In this document: piece by piece, positions 49,229 through 59,300 of the stretch
Numbering within the stretch: the stretch's first letter is position 1
Layout of the letters: each line of letters opens with the position of its first letter
Program-made: the position numbers and the translations under genes
Notes under the pieces: model-generated
Seen by the model: the letters and a program-made list of their open reading frames with translations, nothing else
Told to the model about the DNA's origin: nothing
Database searches by the model: none
Source of the DNA: Mantamonas sphyraenae STR306
Taxonomy: Eukaryota > Protista > CRuMs
Assembly: GCA_026936335.1 (NCBI GenBank)
Contig: JAPMXV010000026.1
Coordinates: 124,001-188,000, forward strand
Direction of reading: 5' to 3'
DNA length: 64,000 nt

Positions 49229-50790
49229 GCAACAGGGTTCATTGCAAGCGAGGATTGCTGGGAATATGCGTGGAGTGGGAACAGCAGGCGCAGGACGAGG
49301 GGCTGGGCTGGAAGATAGTCGAAGTGCGGATGTGCGCACACGCGAGTCGACGAAAACAAGCACAAGCAACACCAGCACGGGAGCAGCAGCATCATCAGCA
49401 GATGACCTGTGGGACATGCCTACGCCCGGCGCCAAACCAAAGCCATTGGCATCCATGAGTCTGTCTTTGGGAGAGGCAGCACCGCCGGCGTCCCAGTCGC
49501 AAGATTCGACAGATGACATGCCCGAATGGGCGAGTGTGGACGCAAACGACGTCCTGAAGAGCACCAAGATGGCAGGGTCGTTGGGAGACTACTCGATGGA
49601 TGTGATGGGAGGGCTGGAGATGATGGGCATGGGTTCAGCAGATCAACGCGGAGGAGAAGAGCAACCACGACGTGGACAGCGACGCCTGTTGTCGAGCGAC
49701 GACGACGACGACGACGACGACGATGACAACCTGAGTGAACACAGTCGGCGTGCAGGGGACAACCTGGAACGGGAACTGGCAGCACAGGCTGCACGACAGC
49801 GACAACGGGTGGTTGCCACGCAGCAGTCGCAGTCGGCAAAGGCGCTGCTGAGCATGTTGCTTCAGGATGCGGACGAAGACGACGAGTTGTCGTCGGATGA
49901 GGAGCAGGAAACACGACGACTGATGCTGGAGGCACAGGCACAGGCGTTGGCTCAGGCACAGCAGGCACAGCAAGCACAGCAGGTGCAACAAGTGCAACAG
50001 GCCATGCAACAGGCGCAGCAGGCGCAACAAGCCATGGCACAGGCAAAGCAGGTGCAACAACAACAGCAGCAGCAGCATGCGTCGTTGCAAGTGCAACAGC
50101 AGCAGGGGCACATGACGCCGCTGAGCCCACAGCAGCAACAAATGATGATGTATGCACAGCAGCAAGCAATGCAGGCACAGCAACGTGCACACCAGCAACT
50201 GATGGCCATGGACTCGTGGTACTACCGTGATCCACAGGGTGTGACGCAGGGACCGTTCCCCAAGGTGCAGATGCGGTACTGGTACACCGAGCGCTTCTTC
50301 GACGCAAAGTCCATGGTCAAGTTTTCGCCCGAGCAGAATTGGTTCATGCTGGGCAAGGTGCTCAACATTCTGATGCACGACCACGAAGCGCAGGGGCAGC
50401 AGGGCAGTGGAGGAGGTGGAGGTGGTGGACAATCTGGCAGCAACACCCAGCAAGGAGGTGGACAGCAGCAGCAACAACAGCAGCAGCAACAACAACAGCA
50501 ACAGCAACTGTTGTTTATGCAGCAGCAGCAGCAGCAGCAGCAGATGATGCTCAAGCATTTCGAAGCAATGCAGATAGCAAGAGCGCAACAGCAGCAGCAG
50601 CAACAGCAGCAACAGCAGAACCAAACCACCAACAACAGCCACCAACACCAACAACAGCAATACCAGCAACAACAGCAATCGACAACAGCAGCAGCAACAG
50701 CAAAAGGTGAGCCCGCAAAAGGGATCGTTCAACGCTCAGCAATTCTTCCAGCAACACCAGGCCATGCAACAACAACAACAACAACAACAA

Positions 50791-50821
<31 letters not shown>

Positions 50822-52392
50822 CATCAAAGCAACAACAGTTGCAGCTGGACCAGTCTGCGTCGTCGGAGCGGTATGTGCACCAGCAGGCAGAGCAGTACCT
50901 GCAACAGCTGCAGGCAGCCAAGCAGCAGCGCCAGAGGGAGGAAGAGGAAAGGGCAGCAGCAAAGGAGCGTGCAGAGCAGGAACGACAGGCACTGTGGCAA
51001 CAGCGACAGAGCAAGGCGGCGAGGACATGGACGGGTGGCCAGCAGCAACAGCAACTGTCGCTGCGAGAGATCCAGGAACAGGAGGCCAAGGAGGAAGAGG
51101 CACGGCAGCGTGCTTTGGCGGCACAGGAGAGGGAGCAGATGCGTGTGGCTCAGGCGGCACAGGATCGATGGCAGAAGGACCAGCTGGCTGCATTGGCACG
51201 GCAGCAGGTGCAGCAAGGCAGCGAACGACGCAACCATGCAAGCAACTTTCTGGAGATCCAACGCATGCAGTTGGAGGAGGAGGAGAGGAAGAGGCAGGCA
51301 GAACTGGCAGAGGAGGAGGCAGCTGCAAGGGAGGGACGCAGTATGATCAAGTCCCAATGGGGCAGCAACGGCACGGGAGGAGGAGGAGGAGGACGTTCAT
51401 TTGCAGAGATTCAGGAGGAGGAAGAGAGACTGGAGAGATTGCGTAGGGAGGAGGAGGCACGCAATAGGCGAAGCGACCACACGTACGTTGGCCCACGTGG
51501 ACCCAAGAAGAGTCTCTTGGAAATCCAACAGGAACAGGCGATGGAAGCAGCACGCAATCAGATGAGTGGAACGGGTGGTGGTGGCGGTGGTGCTGGTGGT
51601 GGTGGTGCAAGCCTTGGAGCAGGATTTGGTTCCGCGTGGGCTGGACAAAGCACGTCGGTCAATCCCATGGCAGCAGGGCACAACGCCTATGTGGACACCA
51701 GCAGCAGCTACAACAACGTTGGTGTCAGCAGCAATGATGGCGGATTGCAGCCAGACGAGGATGTGGACGATGCCTTTCCTTCCATCGGTGGCATGTCGCG
51801 ACAAAGGCAGCCGCAGCAGAAGCAGCAGCAGCAGTCGTCCAGACGTGCACAGCACAGGATGCATGATGACGACGAGGACGACGACGACGATCTGATCTGG
51901 GGCGACGCACCCACCCCAGGACAGGCGGTTGGAGGCGGAAAGAGCAACAGCAACAACCACATGGAACGCACGCAGCGTGTGGCCCAAGCACGCAGCGGCA
52001 ATGTGCAGCGCAGCAACAACAATGGCAACGGCGACGAGGAAGCAGACAACGACTTTCCGTCCCTGGGCGGCGGCGGAGGAGACACTCAGCAAGTGTCCGT
52101 CCTCGCCGCAGGCGGAGGCGCGCGACGCAGCAGCGGCCTCAATCTGGGATTGCAGAACATGCGACAGCAGCAAGGATACGGCGCACGACGCTCGTCGGCC
52201 AACGTCACAGTGCCCAAGGCCAGGCAGGCGCGCGAGGCGCGTGTGCAGCTGGAGGATGGTGAAGAGGTGTACCGCAAGGACGACGATGACGTGGACGAGT
52301 TTGGCATTGTCGCTGCTGCAGGAGGCAAGAAGAAGAAGAAGAAGGGCAAGCGAAACAAGAACAACAAGAAGGGGGAGCAGGTGTACTTCTGA
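48267..52392 (+). CDS. GIGYF/Smy2-like GYF-domain protein, polyQ-rich, with one apparent frameshift near 50681
   Basis: GYF domain WYYRDPQGVTQGPFPKVQMRYWYTERFF (from 50217); YTMAQLL 4E-binding-type motif; repeated S(L/F)xEIQ motifs; Lys-rich C-terminus. Joins ORFs 48096-51446 and 50707-52392. Confidence 0.82.
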
Positions 52393-52514
52393 CCAAGAGG
52401 GTGCCGAAGAAAGGTGATAAATTTTGATTCAGCCTCCAATGTGTATTTCTTCCGTCCGTTGTTGATTTTCGTATGAATCAAAATTTACATTGTTTTCCGT
52501 GTCCAGGCTCCATC

Positions 52515-54203
52515 TCACTCGTCCGCCAGCGATTCATCGACGTCCACCTCGACTCCCAGGCTCTCCAGGAGCATTGCAGAGATCTCGCCAAACATAACCG
52601 ACTCGTTCTTGGAGACTTTGCCGCGCGTGGCCATGCTGTACCCGTCGCTCACGCCTTCCGTGACCGAGACGTACACGCCGGTGGCCAGTCCGGATACGCC
52701 ACCCGCCACAGCGCCCACAGCAGCACTGGCAAGCTGGGGAACGACAGCAATCATGCCGTACTGTTGGTACGTGTGTTGGTCCACCATTTGGGAGCCCTTC
52801 AGGGCGCCCGCAGCCACTCCAGAAAGAAAGTAGGTGGGCACGTACAGGGCACTCTCCACAGCAAACACACCTGCGCCAGCTAGAGCACTGCCTGTGCTGC
52901 TGCCTGTGCTGCTGCTGCTGCTGCTGCCGCCTGTACTGCGGCCGTCGTTTGCACAGGCGGGGATATCGTCGGGCACGACATCAAAGCCATGTCGACTCTT
53001 GAGGGTGTGCAACAGGCCATCCATGAGCTGTGCAGCGTTGATTCGGTTGTCCACATGCTCCCCCTGCTGCTGCTGCTGCTGCAGGGACAACTGAGCAGCC
53101 TTGGAGGCCTCCTCGGTGTCCAGCACCCTGTCTGAGGACTGCCAATCACCAGCCTCACTGTTGAACGACTCCACCAGAGACTCGTCAGCCATTTGCTGTT
53201 CCGCCTGCTCTGTGCTGAGTGCAAGGCATGACTCGGCCGGAGCCAGGCCGAAAAAGGCAATGTGTGCTGAGGAAGCAGCCGTGTTGTCCCTGTGTTGGAT
53301 GCGCCTGGCCAGTTTGGAGGCCCTACGCACGGTGGCTTCAGCACGGTCGTGGTTGCGCAGGTCCATGAGGAGGATGTGTGCATCAAAGCGACCCCAGGTG
53401 TCCTTGTTGTGTTGGCATGCTCGTTCGTGGGTCATAAACACAACTTGAAGGGTGGCCAGCATGTGTTTGTGCACCCTCAACAGGGTGATGGCATGTGTGC
53501 CGTCACTCTGCCGACACCGGCTGTCCTCCAACTGCCCTTCCCACACCTCTTCCGTCTCCTCCGTCATGTCCACAAGGCTGGCAAATGTCACCAGGTTGTC
53601 CACGGTCCCATGCACGCCAACCACAAACCGATGCTGCGTTGCAACCGGGGCTGGCGAGCGGTGTAGCGGCACAGACGCGTGCAAAGGCGTGAACCCCTTC
53701 CAAGCCCACAACCGGCTGCCAATAATCCGGTTCCACCGTTTGCACACCACGCGCAGCCGCATTGCCTCCTCCACATCCAGCCACTCTAATGTACGCAGCA
53801 GTAACTCCTGTGTGGGTGCCGTGGGTGCGTGCGTGGTTGCGTTGCGTTGCGTTGCGTTGCGTGAGCGTTTTTTGCACAGCAAAAAAGGTGAGAGCCGAAT
53901 GGCTGCCTGCCGCACTCTTTCTGGGGTGCCACGTACCTCTGGGAAGGAATTGTGCTGGTGCTCCGAGTGGCCATGTGCATCCTGTGTGTCCTCCTCTGGG
54001 TCCGTGCAGTTGAGATAGTGTGTGGTGCCGTGGGTGTCGATGAGCACAAAGTCGTCGAGAAAGGCATCACGATGAACAAACTCCACGGCGCACTCTGTGG
54101 CGTCGGACGTGGGTGTGTCACCATCCCTGCTCTGCTCACATGCCTCTGTGTGTACATCCCCTTCCGAGGCGTTGATGGACACAGAACCAAACCAGCTGGA
54201 CAT
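52515..54203 (-). CDS. F-box protein with a degenerate small-GTPase-like domain and Gly-rich hydrophobic C-terminus; in-frame intron 53808-53936
   Basis: Splicing out GTACGT...CAG gives FPE/ELLLRTLEWLDVEEAMRLRVVCKRWNRII (F-box). The intron contains a (GTTGC)n repeat. Confidence 0.78.
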   Translation of the reverse strand: MSSWFGSVSINASEGDVHTEACEQSRDGDTPTSDATECAVEFVHRDAFLDDFVLIDTHGTTHYLNCTDPEEDTQDAHGHSEHQHNSFPEVRGTPERVRQAAIRLSPFLLCKKRSRNATQRNATTHAPTAPTQELLLRTLEWLDVEEAMRLRVVCKRWNRIIGSRLWAWKGFTPLHASVPLHRSPAPVATQHRFVVGVHGTVDNLVTFASLVDMTEETEEVWEGQLEDSRCRQSDGTHAITLLRVHKHMLATLQVVFMTHERACQHNKDTWGRFDAHILLMDLRNHDRAEATVRRASKLARRIQHRDNTAASSAHIAFFGLAPAESCLALSTEQAEQQMADESLVESFNSEAGDWQSSDRVLDTEEASKAAQLSLQQQQQQGEHVDNRINAAQLMDGLLHTLKSRHGFDVVPDDIPACANDGRSTGGSSSSSSTGSSTGSALAGAGVFAVESALYVPTYFLSGVAAGALKGSQMVDQHTYQQYGMIAVVPQLASAAVGAVAGGVSGLATGVYVSVTEGVSDGYSMATRGKVSKNESVMFGEISAMLLESLGVEVDVDESLADE

Positions 54204-54272
54204 GGATGGGCAGAAGGGGGGGGGGGTGTTGGTTGGGGCGGCTGGTGCGCATGCTGTGCCACACATTGCAAC

Positions 54273-55202
54273 ATGAGCACAAAGGGTGGTGGTGGCAAGG
54301 CGTCAGGAAAGGGCAAGGACAAGGGCAAGGGCAAGGAGGAGGGAAGCGAGGATGGGGATGGGGAGGAGGAGGGGCAGCAGCAGCTGCTGCTGCAGGAGGT
54401 GGAGGAGGAAGAGGTGCAGTTGGAGTGGGACCAGCACATCATCAACTGGACAGTGGACACGTTGAGTGTGATGGGACAGATGGAGGTGCATGGGTTTGGG
54501 CACGAGGTGCAGGTGCCTTCTGTGGTGCAGGAACAGTTGCAGGAGGGCTTCCAGGGCAAGTGGGCCACCTTCTTCACGGCCATGCCAGACCTTTTCGTGC
54601 TCGAACAGAAGCTGGAACGCGAGGGAAAGCCATGGTACGTGCGCAACCGCAATCTGGTGGGCACTGTGTGGACCCTGCAGGCATTGGTCAACGAGCGCTA
54701 CTCGCTGGAGGAGCAGGAGGAGGGCGCGGACCACAGGGAGCTGGCAACGCGGGACATCTTGAAGGATTTGGGTCTGGTAATGGATGGGCACACCCCGGTG
54801 GAGCTGGATCTGGGGTCGGAAGGGCATCACAAGCAGAGACAGGGACATGGAAAGGGACACGGAGGGCATGGGAATGGGGCAGGGGCCTCGTCGTCGTCAG
54901 CAAGTGGGCATGGGGGTCAAGGGGGCCATGGAGGGCATGGGGGCCATGGAGGGCATGGGAGCACCAAAAAGAAACATGGAAAGTCCCAACACTCGCGAGG
55001 AGGAGGAGGGAGTGATGGCGGAGGAGGAGGAGGGGGACAACAGGGTCAGGCGCAATCGAAACGCAGGCGCAATAGGAAAGGCAAGAACAACAAGAACAAC
55101 AACAACAATAACAGCAACAGCAACGACGGGAATAGAAACAAGAGGGGTGGCAATCATGGAAACAAGCAGCGGACAGTGAGGCGCACATCACAACAAAATT
55201 GA
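54273..55202 (+). CDS. Hypothetical protein with a possible OST-HTH/LOTUS-like winged helix and a His/Gly/Asn/basic tail
   Basis: ATG at 54273, codon usage like the neighbours; FQGKWATFFTAMPDLFVL resembles the LOTUS recognition helix/strand. Confidence 0.6.
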   Translation: MSTKGGGGKASGKGKDKGKGKEEGSEDGDGEEEGQQQLLLQEVEEEEVQLEWDQHIINWTVDTLSVMGQMEVHGFGHEVQVPSVVQEQLQEGFQGKWATFFTAMPDLFVLEQKLEREGKPWYVRNRNLVGTVWTLQALVNERYSLEEQEEGADHRELATRDILKDLGLVMDGHTPVELDLGSEGHHKQRQGHGKGHGGHGNGAGASSSSASGHGGQGGHGGHGGHGGHGSTKKKHGKSQHSRGGGGSDGGGGGGGQQGQAQSKRRRNRKGKNNKNNNNNNSNSNDGNRNKRGGNHGNKQRTVRRTSQQN

Positions 55203-55373
55203 AGGTGTTGCAGCACAACTCAGCCTAAATGGAAAATCGCCGACGTCGGGAGGTGGTTGGAATGCACATTCATTCATTCAGTTGCCCCAATGTGCTGTGC
55301 AACTGAAGGTTGCAATGGGCTGGTTGTCTGGAGCAACTCATTCTCTTCATTGCATCAGCATCCCATCGCCCCC

Positions 55374-56278
55374 TCACTTGTTCTTCTTGCCCTTGACAGC
55401 AGTGTCCTGCTTGTCCTGGGCGGCACAGAGGGCAGCGTAGATGGCACCGTAGGACTGATAGGCCAGGATGGACGGGATGACAATCCACAGCGCGTTCAGG
55501 AACAGAAAGTACACGTACGGATACAGCCAGTGGCTCTGGTCCACATGGGCAAACCCGTCCATGATCTCAGTGCCAAAGTACAGCACATCGCCGTAGAGTT
55601 GGCACAGGCAGGCCGTCAGCACCACGGGGTGGAACGACGGGTGACGCTTCACCAGCGCCCACGCGCCCCACAGGCACAGCGGTCCGTCGATCGCTGCCGT
55701 GATTGTCTCCATGATCACCGTGAACGGGTCCGACGTCAGGTATCGCTCGTCCGCATGTCCGTATTCCTTCCCTGTGTTGTGTTGTGATGAGGGTAAGTGT
55801 CAGCCAGCCGGCGGCCGCACCGCGGGAAATGCACACAACCCTCCGAACTGCCTTCCGATAGGCTCCACTGGGCCGTCCAACCCTCGTCACACTGCACACT
55901 CCAGCCCCATTGCCCCACATGCACATTCAACCTCCCCTCGGCCCACATGCATGCCCTCGTCGCCCGTTACGTACAGCAGGAGTTCCAAAAGCGGTTGACG
56001 ACGGCAAAGAATCCGTTGTCGCCGCCCTCCTCAAAGAACTGATCGGTGGTGGTGAGCCAAAAGTCGCCCAGACCCGTCTTGATGTCCTTGTGGTGGACTG
56101 CAAAGTAGCCCTCCATCTGCAGGTGGACGCATCCGCTGATGCACAGCCACAGCAGCACAAACACCTCGCCCGTGCTCAGCTTCGCCTCCTTCTTCTTGCT
56201 GCTCGACATATACAGCGTCACAAACAGGCCCAGAGGCACTGCCGCAAACCAAATTGCAAAGGCCAACCACGATTGCAT
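55374..56278 (-). CDS. EBP: Emopamil-binding protein / sterol delta8-delta7 isomerase (EXPERA family); exons 56278-55975, 55771-55374
   Basis: WLCISGCVHLQMEGYF, WKEYGHADERYLTSDPFTVIMETIT, CQLYGDVLYF, YFLFLNALWIVIP; C-terminal KKNK dilysine-type ER signal. Confidence 0.9.
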
Positions 56279-56312
56279 GTGCAGAGTTGCTTCTTTTGTT
56301 GAGTTGCCTGCG

Positions 56313-59300
56313 TCACAGCCGGCGAACCAAATCCCACAACGCACTCAACCTCTCCTCCCGCACCATTTCCACACCAAACTTTTCCCGCGTCAATCGACGC
56401 AAACTCTCCTCGAGTTGAGCCGTGTACAACTGCATGTCCACCATCCTGTCTTCCATGGCCTCCAGAGTGGCCCTGCGATCGTCCAACTGCGTTCGCGCAA
56501 GCTCCAGCTCGTGCTCCACCGCATCGCCATCGCGCACCCGTTCCCTGCTCATGCGCTCCACATGCACAGCGTGCATCTCATGCGATGCCCTCAGCTGCTC
56601 GTCCAGCACTTGCACGTGCAGCCGCATCTGCTTGTTCTCCTTCCGCAGCTGCTCCAGCAGCACCCCATCCTCCACCGGGCCTGACTTGCCATCCTCCTGA
56701 CGTGCACGTGCCATTCCATCCAACGCACGCCTGCACCGCACCGTCTCTCCCTCGGCCTTGGCTGCCCGTTCACGCTCCCCTCCAACACGCCGCCACGCTG
56801 TCTCGCACAACGCATGCACGGCTCCCGTCAAGCCCCACTTGTCTCCATGTGACTGCGCCTCCTCCACCAGCAACAACGCCTCTGTGCCCTCCACCACGCT
56901 TGCCGACGCCATCATCTGCTCCACGTGTCCCACCACCCCTGCCAATCGTCCAATCCATGCCATGTCCTGCTGGCCATCTGCCAACGCCACTGACTGCGCC
57001 TGCCATTGTGCCACCACCCGTTTGTGCTGCGCATGCATGGCCCCCATCGCTCGCGATTGCCTTCGCAACACGCCTTCCACACGTGCACACCTCTCCGCCC
57101 ACTCCTGCTCCCGTGCAACCATTCCCATCTGTGAACTTTCCAGTGCGTCCACTTGTGCATGCAACCGCCTGCATGCCGCCTGCTGTGCGTGCAGATGCCT
57201 TCCCAGACGCGCAATCTGTGCGTGCAATTCCCCGCGCTGCTTTGCCGCGCGGTCTTGCTCCTCCCGCACCCGCTTCTCGCTCTCCTTCACCTCCACTTCC
57301 AATCGACTCCTCTGGCTGCGTTCCTTGTACAACTCAAGTTGCAATCGTTGGTTCTCCTTCCCCTGTGCACGCGCCACACGTTGCATCTCGTTCAATTCCT
57401 CCACCAGCCGCCCCAACGCCTCCCCGTCCTCCCCATCCTGTGTGCGTGCCCATCGCTCCTCATAGCTTGCGTTCTTGCTCTGCACCTCTTGCATCTGCCG
57501 CATCAGCATCATGCACGTTTGCTGCACCTTGTGAACCTCGCTCTGCATCGCCCGATGTGCCTCCACCACGGCCTCTTCCATCTCGTTCCACACACGCACA
57601 ACCTCACCCACAACACCCTGTGTGCGTGGCGACGCAACAAGCTGCAGATGCATCCCGCTCACGTCCATCGGAACCCTCGTTCCGCTCGCAACCGCATCCC
57701 CGCCTGCCAGCAAATCACGCACACTGCCCATCCGTGTCCCCAGACGCACCAGGAATCCCACCATTAGCGCATCGTCCAGCCCTCCTTCCTTCCCGTCCTC
57801 TTGCGACTCCCATTGGCCTTCTTCAAGCTGACCAAACAGATCCATCAGTTCCAACCGCTGAAGATTCTCTCTGCTTTCCCTCTCCTGCCGCCTCAGCCTG
57901 CCCACCTCCTCCTCCAGTGCCTTTACCTCGTGTGTGCGCGTCCACTCTGCTTCTGCCAGCCCCAGTCCCTCTCTGCTTGCCCGTTCCGCCTCCTCTGCAT
58001 CCCTGGCTGCCACCACCAGCCGCAGACGCTCCACACGTGCGGCCAACCCACGTGCTGCCTCTGCTTCAGCGTTGTCTGATCCAAGCACCTTGCCCAACAG
58101 CGTACGCAAGTGCTCTGCCTCCTCTTCCAGCTCCCCGATCCTGCGTGCCTGCCCAGCGACCACCACGCTGTGTTCCCGCTTCAACCGCATCACCTCTCCG
58201 CCCTGCTCCTGTGCCGGCTTCTCCAGCGCCTCGCCCTTCCTCATCCTCCGCTCTTCCATCTCCAAACTCTTGCTCAGCTGTGCCTGCATCTGCTCCTGAA
58301 GAGCCACGGTCACTTGCTGCCTGCATGCACATTGAGCCGACACTGCGTCCAACCTCTGTTTGGAAGCCTCACTCATGGCCCTCGCCTGCGCCATCAGCTC
58401 ACCCATGCTCAATCGCAAGTATTCTTCCACCTCCTGCGCCCATTCCATGTCCACCCCAACCGGCCGCGCACGCACCTCCTCCACAAGCCTCTCCTGCACC
58501 ACGCTCACCCTCTCTTTGTACATCTCATGTTCGCAGTGCTCCTCCAGCGCACGCGCCTCCATCTCTTCCAACGCCTCTCGCAGCCGTCTGCTCTCCGCCT
58601 CTGCCGCCTCCAATCGCTCCCGCCCACGCGGCCATGCACTCCTCTCCATCAGCAAACCCTCCAATTGCTGGTTTTCCACGCGCAGTGTGTCCACCTCGGC
58701 TTCCATGTGCCTCACCTGTTCCTCCATCAATCCCATCATGCGCTGTGCCTGAGTCCACTGTTCACGCGCCTCCTTGGCCTCCTTCCACCACCGTTCCACG
58801 CCGCCTCCTCCCCCCCTCCCCTCACTTCCACCCTTGCCACCATCCTCGTTGCCTCTCATCTCCTCCAAAACACCCTGCAGGTGCGCCACCGTCTCCTGCA
58901 ACGACTGGTTCCGCGCCTTGATCCGATCCTCATCCGCCTCCAGCGTGTTCACTCTCGCCCTGCTTTCCTCCACCTGAGTCAACGCCGTTCGCAGTGCCGT
59001 TTCCGTTTCCTCCGCCTTGCTTTGCAGCAGCTCGTTTGCCACACTCAGCTCCTGCACACGCGTACGCAACTGTTCCATGCTCTCTCTGTAGCTGCTGCGG
59101 TCCTCCAGCGCAAACGCCGCACTGCATGCCTGCACCGCCTTGCGCAGGTGAGTGTTGGCCTGATACAGCCGTTCTTCTGCCTCTGCGTTCCCGTACAAAT
59201 CCATCGCCGCCGCCCCTCCCATTCCGTCGTCCACCAATTGGGCCATCTGTTGCACCAGCCCTGCAAACGTCTCTTGCTGCATCAACAGCGGTTCCTGCCT

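Noticed and set aside
5937-54203. Functional cluster of ubiquitin-system genes (UBR-UBA, UBX, F-box) or chromatin genes (TAF9, HDAC3)
   Set aside because: These are common gene classes, mostly interspersed with unrelated genes; no evidence of co-regulation.
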